Position numbers and translations under genes: made by a program
The notes under the pieces: model-generated
Databases searched by the model: none
The model's input: only the letters and a program-made list of their open reading frames with translations
What the model was told of the DNA's origin: nothing
Shown here: positions 10,852 through 21,769 of the stretch, piece by piece
Layout: every line of letters starts with the position of its first letter
Position numbering within the stretch: the first letter of the stretch is position 1
Origin: Octopus sinensis
Taxonomy: Eukaryota
Direction: 5' to 3'
Length of the DNA: 29,772 nt
Assembly (NCBI RefSeq): GCF_006345805.1
Contig: NW_021832911.1
Span: 1 to 29,772, forward strand

Positions 10852-11500
10852 CAGCGGTTCTCAACCGGAGACCATACGACCCTTGGGGTTCCATATAAGG
10901 TTTTGTTAAAATTTACGTGCAATAAATTGGTTAGATTTCTACTATACTCTTTACTCTTTTACTTGTTTCAGTCATTTGACTGCGACCATGTTGGAGCTCT
11001 GCCTTTAGTCGAGCAAATCGACCCCAGGACTTATTCTTTGGAAGCTTAGTACTTATTCTATCGGTCTCTTTTGCCGAACCGCTAAGTTACGGGAACATAG
11101 ACACACCACCATCGGTTGTCAAGTGATGTTGGGGGACAAAGACACACAAACACATACACACACACACATACATATATACGACGGGCTTCTTTCAGTTTCC
11201 GTCTACCGAATCCACTCGCAAGGCTTTGGTCGGCCCGAGGCTATAGTAGAAGACACTTGCCCAAGGTACCACGCAGTGAGAATGAACCCGGAACCATGTG
11301 GTTGGTAAGCAAGCTACTTACCACACAGCCACACCTGCGCCTATAGTCAAAATATTTTAGCAATTTTTAAATACAATACCTTATAATATTTAATTATAGA
11401 AATATAATAGGATTTAAAAAAAGACATTGACTGGCTGTAAGGATCCAGTAGAGATACGAACCACAGGGATCCACAGGCAAAAATAGTTTGATAACCGCTG
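10852..11500. mobile_element. hAT-like MITE with a nested SINE
   Basis: TIRs CAGCGGTTCTCAACC / GTTTGATAACCGCTG resemble hAT (Charlie-type) CAGTGGTTCTCAA ends. Subterminal sequences match 21090-21607 in the opposite orientation. No TSD recognisable. Confidence 0.75.
10951..11344 (-). mobile_element. Full-length family D SINE with internal microsatellite
   Basis: On the minus strand: GGCGCAGGTGTGGCTGTGTGG head, GGCAAGTGTCTTCTACTATAGCCTCGGGCCGACC centre, (TA/TG) insert, tail GGTCGCAGTCAAATGACTGAAACAAGTAAAAGAG. Matches 19742-20122. Confidence 0.9.
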
Positions 11501-11697
11501 GACTATTCTCACATGTCTACAATCGTATATACAAACATGCTACAGCACATGGAAAATAAGCCTTCTTGACTGACTGTCTGACAACGTTTCACCCGACAAC
11601 TTTTATAGATACTAAACTAGCTGTCTGCAAGACCTTTCTCCCTCATCTTGCACTTCGCACTTACTCGGCTCGTCACCAGTATTGTGTAATTATCTCT

Positions 11698-12287
11698 CGT
11701 AAAGGGGTATGGTTTAGTGGTCAAGGTATTCGGCCTATAAATTTGTGAGTTCGATTCCCGGCGGTACTTTGCGTCGTTTGAACAAAACATTTTATTTCTT
11801 GTTGCTCCAGTCAAACCATCTGGCAAAACTGAGCAGTACCTGTATTTCAAAGGGCCGACCTTGTCACATTCTGTGTCACGCTGAATCTTGTCACATTCTG
11901 TGTCACGCTGAATCTTGTCACATTCTGTGTCACGCTGAATCTTGTCACTTTCTGTGTCACGCTGAATCTTGTCACATTCTGTATCACGCTGAATCTTGTC
12001 ACATTCTGTGTCACGCTGAATCATGTCACATTTTGTATCACGCTGAATCTTGTCACATTCTGTGTCACGCTGAATCATGTCACATTTTGTATCACGCTGA
12101 ATCTTGTCACATTCTGTGTCACGCTGAATCTTGTCACATTCTGTGTCACGCTGAATCTCTCTCAGAACTACGCTAAGGGTACGCATGCCTGTGGAATACT
12201 CAGCCACTTGCACGTTAATTCCACGAGCAGGCTGTTCCGTTGATCGGATCAACTAGAACCCTCGTCGTCGTAACCGATGGAGTGCCA
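11698..12287 (+). mobile_element. CORE-type SINE (family E) with the family C tail, containing an expanded minisatellite
   Basis: A-box TGGTTTAGTGG, B-box GAGTTCGATTCC, CORE-like TTTATTTCTTGTTGCTCCAGTC, tail ending GTCGTAACCGATGGAGTGCCA. Confidence 0.85.
11860..12156. repeat. 27-bp minisatellite, 11 copies (CTTGTCACATTCTGTGTCACGCTGAAT)
   Basis: Counted directly; 11 x 27 = 297 bp. Source of the CHILCHAES and QRDTECDKI pseudo-ORFs. Confidence 0.97.
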
Positions 12288-12763
12288 GTATATCACCTCT
12301 CATTTCTTTCAGTAAACACTTTACCAACCACATTTTCCAAATAAAAATTCGATTCTGTTGTACCTTTTATATCACTACCGGGACATTTTCCCTATGGATA
12401 ACACCGTAAATAGCATTATCAACAACAGTATTAGTCAAGACTGAAAGGAGGACACCTGCTGAGGATGTGGAGGATATAGTCAATACTGATATGACACAAC
12501 TGATATTTCCTATCACAACGTAGAGGCTTGAAGGTATCTTTATCTCTTTTATTGATTAAGTCGTTAGTAGCTCCCTCCTATTCCTGAATGGTGAAGACGT
12601 ATGTATCCTTCTAAGCAGGATGTGTTGTATTTATCACAATCTAGGAGAAGCCATACTTCCTGACAATGTTGTTAGCATCCTCAAGTTTACGGGATTGCTG
12701 CTAATAAGATTAATATTTCTCCACCACGTTTCTGTTTATGGATATTAAATCCAACTATAGATT

Positions 12764-12970
12764 GGTGAGATGGCAGAATCATTAACACACCGGGCGAAAT
12801 GGTTAGCGGCATTTCGTCCGTTTTTACATTCTGAGTTCAAATTCCGCCGAGGTGAACTTTGCTTTTCATCCTTTCAGTGTTGAACAAATATGTACTTCTT
12901 GAGCACGGAGGTCAATGTAATTGAATTGCACCCTCCCCCTCAATTGCTGGCGCTGTGCTAAAATTTGAAA
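12764..12970 (+). mobile_element. Diverged family A-like SINE with the alternative tail
   Basis: Head GATGGCAGAATCATTAACACACCGGGCGAAATG, B-box, tail CCCTCCCCCTCAATTGCTGG...AAAATTTGAAA. Confidence 0.8.
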
Positions 12971-12995
12971 TTAATATTGAGTCCAGTTATGAGCC

Positions 12996-13202
12996 GGCGA
13001 GCTGGCAGAATCGTTACCGCGCCGAGAAAAATGCTTAGCGGTGTTGCTTCCGACTTAACGTTCTGAGTTCAAATTCCGCCGAGGTGACTTTGTCTTTCAT
13101 CCTTCCGAGGTCGATAAAATAAGTACCAGTTGAATACTGGGCACGATGTAATCAACTAATCCCTTGCACAGTAATTGCTGGCCTTGTTCCAAAATTGGAA
13201 AG
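12996..13202 (+). mobile_element. Family A-like SINE with the alternative tail
   Basis: GGCGAGCTGGCAGAATCGTT head, B-box, CTTTCATCCTTCCGAGGTCGATAAAATAAGTACCAG core. Confidence 0.85.
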
Positions 13203-13304
13203 CAATATCCAGCTACCCTTGGATTACATGAAAGATTACTCATTCGGGGTCCCTATCTTATTCTCGTGACGTTGTTATTTTCACCGCAGAGGATACGTCT
13301 GGAT

Positions 13305-13516
13305 ACGCCGGGCGAAATGCTTAGCGGTATATCGTCTGCGTTACGTTGTGAGATCAAATTCCGCCGAGGTCGACTTTGCCTTTCATCCTTTCGGGGTCGA
13401 TAAATTAAGTACCAATTGCGCACTGGGGTCGATGTAATCGACTTAATACCTATGTCTGTCCTTGTTTGTCCCCTCTGTGTTTAGCCCCTTGTGGGTAATA
13501 AAGAAATAGGTATTTC
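13305..13516 (+). mobile_element. Family A SINE, 5'-truncated head plus one unit
   Basis: Matches 615-789; ends AAGAAATAGGTATTTC. Confidence 0.9.
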
Positions 13517-13774
13517 TTCTTATATATGCTCAAAAATAGTTATACATTTCGGCACATACATCTGTACTTATATGTTAAACTTTTGGAAAGTTTTACATAT
13601 TTAGACAGTTCCACTAATGGCTTGTATTTGTAGTTTCCTACTTAGCTTTCTCCTTTCTGGTTTTGAGAGGTTTAATAGCTAAAGATCGATGCGGAGGTGA
13701 CTTTTACATAGCCTAGTGCCCCAGTAATTGCGGGTGTAAATCTGAATTGATGTATGATCCTACGTGCATACATA

Positions 13775-13895
13775 AGTGTGTGTGTGTGTGTGTTTGTATT
13801 TGTCCAACGCTATGACTTCACAACCGTCCCCGTAACTTAGCAGCTGGGCAAAAAGTGACCAATAGAATATGTAAGAGGTTTTAAAAAAAATACCA
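13775..13895 (+). mobile_element. Family D SINE 3' fragment
   Basis: CGTCCCCGTAACTTAGCAGCTGGGCAAAAAGTGACCAATAGAATA resembles the family D tail at 19980-20030. Confidence 0.65.
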
Positions 13896-13904
13896 GAAGT
13901 TATT

Positions 13905-14226
13905 CTCTGTATGCCTAGTACTTATTCTATCAGTAACTTTTGCCGAACCGCTAAATTATGGAGACGTAAACGTACCACCATCGGTTGTCAGGCGATGGTG
14001 GAGAGACTAACACAGACACACAAATACGTACAAACAAAGACACACACACACATATTTATATATATATATAATATATATATACGAGTAGCTTCTTTCAGTT
14101 TCCGTCTACCGAATCCACTCACAGGGATATGGTCGGCCTGAGGCTATAGTAGAAGGTGCCACGCAGTGTGACTGAACCCAGAACCATGTGGTTGGGAAGC
14201 AAGCGTCTTACCATACAGCCACACCT
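13905..14226 (-). mobile_element. Family D SINE, 3'-truncated
   Basis: Same head and centre as 10951-11344, with an internal (CA)/(TA) microsatellite. Confidence 0.85.
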
Positions 14227-14227
14227 C

Positions 14228-14680
<453 letters not shown>

Positions 14681-14774
14681 CGTGTGTATGCGATATCTCG
14701 ACCATCATTTACAGTAGTGTCAAATATTTCTGTTATCAGTGACATATCCCAGCATCTTATGTTTTTTATTGTGG

Positions 14775-14812
14775 TATTACTGTTGTTGTTGTTGGCGGCG
14801 GTGGTGGTAGCG

Positions 14813-14888
<76 letters not shown>

Positions 14889-14890
14889 AA

Positions 14891-14951
<61 letters not shown>

Positions 14952-15080
14952 AGGTAGCTGTTGTAGTGCTGGTGGGAGTTGTTTTCGTGGTGCTGGCGGA
15001 CAAAGTAGTAGTAGAACTGTTGTTTTGTTGTTATTTTTGCCCTCGTGTGCGATAGTAATGATGATGATGATGATGATGGT
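14775..15080. repeat. (AGT)n with flanking (GGT)/(GAT) trinucleotide repeats
   Basis: Directly visible. Confidence 0.95.
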
Positions 15081-15156
15081 GTTTGTGTCGGCGTAGGTGG
15101 CGATAATCTTTGAAGTGTGGTTAGTATTAGTTTAGTAATATTAGTATTTTTTTTCT

Positions 15157-15480
15157 TTTCTACTCAAGGCATGAGGTCCGAAATATTTGGTGGGGAGGGG
15201 GACAGTCGATTGCATCGACCTCCAGTACGCAACTCAGAACGTAAAGACAGATGAAATACCTATTTCTTTACTACCCACAAGGGGCTAAACACAGAGAGGA
15301 CAAACGGATTAAATCAATTATATTGACCCCTAGTGCGTAACTGGTACTTATTTAATCGAACCCGAAAGGATGAAAGGCAAAGTCGACCTCGGCGGAATTT
15401 CAACTCAGACCGTAAAGACAGACGAAATTCCGCAATGCATTTCGCCCGGCGTGCTAACGTTTCTACCAGCTCACCGCCTT
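15157..15480 (-). mobile_element. Family A composite SINE: head, one unit and an internally deleted terminal unit with the alternative tail
   Basis: Head ends GCTCACCGCCTT at 15480; junction at 15260/15261; tail TCTACTCAAGGC...GGGGAGGGGGACAGTCGAT. Confidence 0.85.
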
Positions 15481-15491
15481 AAAAAAGTTTT

Positions 15492-16078
15492 TTTTTCTAC
15501 TCTAGGCAATGACCCAAAATTTTGTGGGAGGGGGCCAGTCGATTAGATCGACAGCAGTTCGCAATTCGTACTTCATTTATCGACCCCGAAAGGATGAAAC
15601 GCAAAGTCGACCTTGGTGGAATTTGAACTCAGAACGTAGTGGCAGATGAAATACCTATTTCTTTACTACCCAAAAGGGGCTAAACACAGAGGTGACAAAC
15701 AAGGACAGACAAACGGATAAAGTCGATTATATTGACCCCAGTGCGTAACTGGTACTTATTTAATCGACCGCGAAAGGATGAAAGGCAAAGTCGAACTCGG
15801 CGGTATTTGAACTCAGAACGTAGCGGCAGACGAAATACCTATTTCTTTACTACCCACAAGGGGCTAAACACAGAGGTGACAAACAAGGACAGACAAAGGG
15901 ATTAAGTCGATTATATTGATCCCCAGTGCGTAACTGGTACTTATTTTATCGACCCCGAAAGGATGAAACGCAAAGTCGACCTCGGCGGAATTTGAACTCA
16001 GAACGTAGCGGCAGACGAAATACATACTGCTAAGCATTTCGCCCGGCGTGCTAACGATTCTGCCAGCTCGCCGCCTTG
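15492..16078 (-). mobile_element. Family A composite SINE: head, two 184-bp units and a terminal unit with the alternative tail
   Basis: Junctions at 15655/15656 and 15839/15840; head GCTCGCCGCCTT near 16077. Confidence 0.9.
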
Positions 16079-16279
16079 ATAAAATATATATTCTCTTCTA
16101 CTCTAGGCACAAGTCCCGAAATTTTGGGGGAGGAGACCAGTCGATTAGACTAATATTACTAATATTACAACTCGCCGCCTTGTGATATTAGTAATATTAG
16201 TTTAGTAATATAATTTCCCTGACTAGCTGCAATGGTAATGACAAAGATGGCTGGGGGTGATAGTGTTAGTGGGGGTGCA

Positions 16280-16870
16280 CGGGATGTTAGAGGTAGTGGC
16301 GGTTGTCGTTGTCGTTGTGGTCGTGGTCGTAGTCCTGGTAATGGAAGCGGCGGCGGCAGTAGTAGTGGTGGTGGTGGTGGTGGTGGTTCTGGTTCTGGTT
16401 CTGGTGTTGGTGCTGGTGCTTGTGCTGGCGGTGGTGTTGGCAGAGGTGGTTGTGGTGGTGGGCGTCGTCATAGTTGTGATCGTGGTCGAAATCCTGGTGG
16501 CGATGACGGCGGCGGCGATGGTGGTGGTGTGGTGTGGTGGGTTCTGGTTCTGATTCTGGTGCTTGGTACTGGCGGTGGTGTTGGTGGTGGTGGTTCTGGC
16601 GGAGGTGATTGTGGTGGTGGCCGTCGTCGTTGTGATCGTGGTCGAGGTCTGGTGGCGGTGGTGGCGGCAGCGGCGGCGGCGGGAGGGGTCCCCTGCTGGT
16701 GCTTGTGCTGGTGGTGGCGTCGGTGGTGGTGGGTGGTGGTGGTTCTGGCGGAGTTGGTTGAGGTGGTGGCCGTCATTGTTGTGATCGTTGTGGTCGAAGT
16801 CCTGGTGGTGGTGACGGCGGCGGCGGTGGTGGTGGCGGTGGTGGCGATGGTGGTGGTGGTGTGTGTGTGT
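16280..16870. repeat. GC-rich (GGT/GGC/GTC) low-complexity tract with three degenerate ~150-bp units
   Basis: GTTGTGATCG(TTG)TGGTCGA recurs at about 16473, 16631 and 16780. Confidence 0.8.
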
Positions 16871-17084
16871 ATATATGTGACAGGAGATACCACCAGTGTT
16901 GTCGTCTGCTATTGCCAAGCAGTACACGTGCTCTTGGTAAACCCCACACAGCTGTACAAACATATTGCATCTGTAAAGAGAGAATTCCCTGAAAGTTGAT
17001 ACAAACTCGCACCTTCTTCATTGTCGCCTTCCTTTCTCTATAGTCATACGTCTCACTTTTTACTATACATACATTCGTACGGCC

Positions 17085-17502
17085 ATACACACATACATAC
17101 GTATATATATATGTGTGTGTATGTGTGTGTGTGTGTGTGTGTCTGTGTATATGTATATATATATAATGTGTGTGTGTGTGTGTGTATATATTATATATAT
17201 GTGTGTGTATCTGTGTATATGTATATATATATATGTGTGTGTGTGTGTGCGTGTGTGTGTCTGTGTATGTATATATATATGTGTGTGTGTGTGTGTGTCG
17301 TGTGTGTGTGTGTGTCTGTGTATATGTATATATATATATATATGCATATGTATATACATAAACGTAAACGTAAATGTATGTTTATGTACATGCATACACA
17401 CACATACGTATCTTTGAGTATATTAAGATACATAAAATTGTGTAACTAAATCTGTGTTTATGTACTTTACAAGTACATATATATATATATATGTATGCAT
17501 AA

Positions 17503-17536
<34 letters not shown>

Positions 17537-17548
17537 TATATAACATAC

Positions 17549-17581
<33 letters not shown>

Positions 17582-17872
17582 TGTTTGTATGTATGTATGT
17601 ATGTATGTATGTATGTATGTATAAATTATTTAAATTCTTTGAATTGTTTCAGCTTTGAAGCTGTGGTCATGTATACACACAACACATACACATACGCACA
17701 AACATATATATGAATATCTTTATATATGTAAGTATATAAATAAATATATATAAATATATATTCATGAGCCACCAGTAGTTTCATGCGAAGAAAAACAACT
17801 CAAACAGCCTTTAATAACACGTCTAATCCGCTGGCTCTGCCCATATGTGTGTGCGTGCTCGCGTGTGTGTGT

Positions 17873-17924
<52 letters not shown>

Positions 17925-17965
17925 TGGTCTGTCCGTGTGCGCATGTGTATGTATTATGTATGTAT
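17085..17965. repeat. Compound (TG)/(TA)/(TATG) microsatellite cluster
   Basis: Directly visible, with short unique spacers. Confidence 0.9.
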
Positions 17966-18099
17966 GGACTCTGCTAAGGACACCGATACATTTTTATTCC
18001 CGGCAGCCATTACATACTACCCACTTATTCTTTGACCTTTCAGTCCTTCTTATAACTCTTTTCAATAAAAGATCGAAGTCCTTCCCGAGTCAAAGGCTC

Positions 18100-18298
18100 A
18101 CAAGGCCGTTTTCCCGGATTCCTCGCTGGATTGGAATCCGGTCCGTCGCAGGGTTGGTTACTCATTTGTGCCAGCTGAGTAAACTGGGGCAACGCGAAAT
18201 GAGTGTTTTGCTCAAGAACACAGTATATCGCTCGGTCCAGGAATCGAAACCGGAATCCTATAATCATAAGTGCAACATCCTAAGCCACGAGTTTCCAC
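18100..18298 (-). mobile_element. CORE-type SINE fragment (family F tail)
   Basis: CORE CAGCTGAGTAAACTGGGGCAACGCGAAATGAG. Tail CCGGTCCGTCGCAGG matches 22180-22436 in reverse complement. Confidence 0.75.
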
Positions 18299-18639
18299 AA
18301 TCTGTTTATACTCGTATCAAATTTTCATACCTTTCTCACGTGATCTATTTTATCTTTAGAGGCATTTTGTACCCCCTAATTCTGCAGCTTATTGTATCCT
18401 TATCTTTCGGTGATATATATTTAGTTTGATGATAGCTTCATCCCATGCATAAGCTTAGACATTTTAAACAATTCTCAATTTTTTTCTTTTAACTTGCTGT
18501 ATTTAGTCGTGTCTAAGATACATCAATTTATATTAGATTTTAACTGAAAAAAACTGGAGTGCGACATACACGGAGCCAACCTAAAACTATGAAGGAAAAA
18601 ATTGTACCAAGATTTAATTAATTAGTGGTATGACTTATA

Positions 18640-19509
18640 TGAGGTCTGATTAATAAGTATCCGGACTGTTGCTATAGTAACGAAGCTAAAGCACGCAAAG
18701 TAAAGCCGCTTGGCACAGATTGGTTTTGCACTTTGCTGTACATGCACAATAAGTTTTAAGGTTCTAGCTCGCTTCAGCTGCTTACAACAGTGCTCTGAAG
18801 GAACGTATGTAGAGTGTGATCGTCGTATTGTCCATGACAGAGTAAGTTGTCATGACGAAAGCTGCTCAGAGGCCTACGCAAAGTTGCAGAAGGTGTACGG
18901 AGAGAAGCGTATGAGTTGCACACAAGTTCAGACGTTTCCAAGATGGTCGAAAAATGTCAATATTGACGAACGTTCTGGGAGACCTGCAACCAGCAGAGCT
19001 CAGAAAAACATCGCAGATGTGCGTGCAGCTGTGAGAGGAAATTGTCGAATCACCATCTGTGAGTTATCAGAAATGTGCGGATTAGTTACGGTTCAGTTCA
19101 GTCCATTATCACTAAAGATTTGGGTATGAAACGCGTGTCTGCCAAGTTTGTGCCAAAACTGCTTTCAGCTGACCAAAAAGATACACGGATTCCAGTTGCA
19201 CAAGATCTCCTTGATTGTGTCAAGAATGATAAAAACCTTTTTGAAAACCTTGGATAGGCCTCTGAGAAGGTATCGCCAAAATTTGATGCAAATTCTCTGC
19301 TTAACTTCCTGTCATGGTCAATGCGACGATCACACGCTACACACCTTCCTTTCAATCACTGCTGTAAACAGCAGAAGTGAGATAAAACGTTAAAATTTTG
19401 TACGCATGCACAACAAAGTTCAAGGTCAACCTGTGCCAAGCGGCTTCACTCTGCGTGCTTTAGCTTTGTTACTATGGCAACAGTCCAAATACTTATTGAT
19501 CAGACCACG
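18640..19509. mobile_element. Mariner-derived non-autonomous element made of two inverted 5' ends (long inverted arms, about 260-280 bp)
   Basis: TIR YGWGGTCTGATYAATAAGTATYYGGACTGTTGC at both ends, TA on the left and CA on the right (decayed TA TSD). Similarity continues past the transposase ATG on both arms. Confidence 0.9.
18834..19247 (+). pseudogene. Frameshifted N-terminal half of a mariner transposase
   Basis: EAYAKLQKVYGEK, DERSGRP, RITICEL, ISYGSVQSIITKDLGMKRVSAKFVPKLLSADQK: paired HTH domains and the WVPxEL-type linker of mariner transposases. No DD34D domain follows. Confidence 0.9.
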
Positions 19510-19741
19510 CACACGAGTAAATGCGATTTTTTAAAAATGTAATCATTTTAATTGCCCCCACCACCTTACCTTAATATTCATTAAATTATTTAACTTTACG
19601 ATAATTATTCATTCAAATTCAGTATTTTATTTCTGAATTACTCTTTTTATTTTTATTCGGTATAATGTTGCATATTCTTATGGTTTATGTGCGTTTTAAT
19701 TATTATTCTAATAAGAATTATTTTAAAAGCTTCCACACATA

Positions 19742-20122
19742 TAGGCGCAGGAGTGGCTGTGTGGTAAGTAGCTTGCTTACCAACCACATGGCTCCGGGTT
19801 CAGTCCCACTGCATGGCACCACTGGCAAGTGTCTTCTACTATAGCCTCGGGCTAACCGAAGCCTTGTGAGTGGATTTGGTAGACGGAAACTAAAAGAAAT
19901 CCGTCGTATTATATAATGGGTGCATGTTGTCCCCCCCCCCCCCCCCCAACATCGCTTGACAACTGATGCTGGTGTGTTTACGTCCCCGTCACTTAGCGGT
20001 TCGACAAGAGAGACCGATGGGATAAATACTAGGCTTACAAATAATAATTCCTGGGATCGACTTGCTCGACTAAAGGCGGTGCTCCAGCATGGCCGCAGTC
20101 AAATGACAGAAAAAGAATAAAG
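19742..20122 (+). mobile_element. Full-length family D SINE
   Basis: Head GGCGCAGGAGTGGCTGTGTGG, B-box-like GGGTTCAGTCCC, internal poly-C run, tail GGCCGCAGTCAAATGACAGAAAAAGAATAAAGA. Confidence 0.9.
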
Positions 20123-20309
20123 AACATAATCTTTTAGTTCTCTCATGAAAGCATATATAACCACCCCGTTTTCCTTCACATTTATATTTCTTTTTTCGTT
20201 TTTGTAACAATCTTGATTAAGCTTTGCTTTCACTCATTTATATTAACTTCAATTAGAATTGTGAGTAAATCAGGTTTTTTCCCCTTTTTAAGTTCGCCAT
20301 TACCTTCTA

Positions 20310-20388
20310 TCGCCCAGTGTGAGATTCGAAACCGCGATCCCTCAATCGCGCGTCCGCTGCTCTAACCACTAGGCCATGTGCCTCCACA
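20310..20388 (-). mobile_element. Isolated family C SINE tRNA-like head
   Basis: On the minus strand: GTGGAGGCACATGGCCTAGTGGTTAGAGCAGCGGACGCGCG...GGTTTCGAATCTC. Nearly the same as 21340-21421. Confidence 0.8.
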
Positions 20389-20452
20389 TGTTTAATGATA
20401 CCCATCTTTAACAGATTATCTCTTTAAAATATAGACATAGATATAGATAGAT

Positions 20453-20570
20453 GCGAGCGTAACCATGTGGTTAAGAAGCTTGTTTCCCAATCATGTGGTC
20501 CTCGTTTCAATCCCACTGCACGGTACCTTGAACAAGTGTCTTCTACTGTAACCCCGGGCCAACAAATACC
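20453..20570 (+). mobile_element. Diverged family D SINE head fragment followed by (ATGT)n
   Basis: ATGTGGTTAAGAAGCTTG...AACAAGTGTCTTCTACTGTAACCCCGGGCCAAC. Confidence 0.75.
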
Positions 20571-20574
20571 ATAT

Positions 20575-20725
20575 ATGTGTATGTATGTATGTATGTATGT
20601 ATGTATGTATGTATGTATGTATGCCAGAATTTACATATATACAATATGAAGTAGACACAAACACCTACCTACTTATTTATCTACCAGCCTGTCTACCTAC
20701 CTACCTACCTACCTACCTACTTACC
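20575..20725. repeat. (ATGT)n and (CTAC)n microsatellites
   Basis: Directly visible. Confidence 0.9.
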
Positions 20726-20914
20726 TGGGTAGATAGTCACTAGAATCTGAACATCTGGTTTGACTCTATATTATTTGTGCTACCCCGCCCATCAGTTAGT
20801 CTCGAGTGATGATTAATGATAACCACTTTCTGTATTTGATGTCCACTCTAGGAAAAGGATTGAAAGAAGACGAAGCCTTGAACAACTCCTAAAATATACG
20901 CGATTTCAGATAGA

Positions 20915-20990
20915 GCGTCATTAGCAAGACTCTGCGTCATTTGCAAGGTTCTGCGTCATTAGCAAGACTCTGCGTCATTAGCAAGACTCT
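20915..20990. repeat. 19-bp tandem repeat, 4 copies (GCGTCATTAGCAAGACTCT)
   Basis: Copies 1, 3 and 4 are identical; copy 2 has three substitutions. Confidence 0.95.
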
Positions 20991-21089
20991 TACGCTGTGT
21001 TTTACGTAAACGCAACGGAATTTGTAGATTGACTGAATTCCGAGTAAATATCAAAACGTTAGAGCGAAGCCTTTTTACTTCATCTCCAT

Positions 21090-21607
21090 CAGTGGTTCTC
21101 AGCTATTTTTTTTATCTATGGCTCCCTTCGAATACTATTTTATTCTGGTAGACCCACATAGCCTTTCGATGTTTAAAAACTTGTTTTATAGATACTTCTT
21201 TCAAAATTTCTATTTTCTTTTCCACGCATTCACTTGTGTAGGATTACGAAAGCACACCATAGGAGAATATGTTAGCAGAAGTTCACCATTACTTTCTGCC
21301 GGAGCCGCGTGGAGCTTAGGTGTTTCACTCATAAACACACACATCGCCCGGTCTGATATTCGAAACCACGATCCCTCGACCGCGAGTCCGCTGCTCTAAC
21401 CACTAGGCCATGTGCCTCCACCCGTGTAAAGCGCTAGAGAAAGAAAAGAATCTGTTTCTTGTAATAAATACACCTAAAGCAAAATTGTTTTCATGAACAC
21501 TTAAAATACTAACATGGATCCCTAATCTACTATTTTACTTGTGTTGATCACCTAAAAATCTTATAAGGACCCCCAGGCATCATATGGGCCCCGGTTGAGA
21601 GCCACTG
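21090..21607. mobile_element. hAT-like MITE with a nested SINE
   Basis: TIRs CAGTGGTTCTCAGC / GGTTGAGAGCCACTG. Candidate 8-bp TSD ATCTCCAT / ACCTACAC matches only 5 of 8. Same family as 10852-11500. Confidence 0.75.
21250..21421 (-). mobile_element. Family C SINE (head plus centre) nested in the hAT MITE
   Basis: Head matches 4558 and 20310; centre CACCTAAGCTCCACGCGGCTCCGGCAG. Confidence 0.8.
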
Positions 21608-21769
21608 ACCTACACCAACATTGCTCTTAAAAACCGCATAAACATCGCATCCCTTTGTTTGCTGCCTTCAAATGTATGACATTAATTGTTTTTAGTTGAT
21701 ACAAGATGGCTATAAGTTTAGACATGTTAAACATAAAAATGGTTACATATTTATGATTGAGACACCACT

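Noticed and set aside
11617-12252. 211-aa and 143-aa ORFs with 9-aa repeats (QRDTECDKI, CHILCHAES) that look like repeat proteins
   Set aside because: They are the 27-bp minisatellite inside a SINE tail. The unit is a multiple of three and stop-free in those frames by chance.
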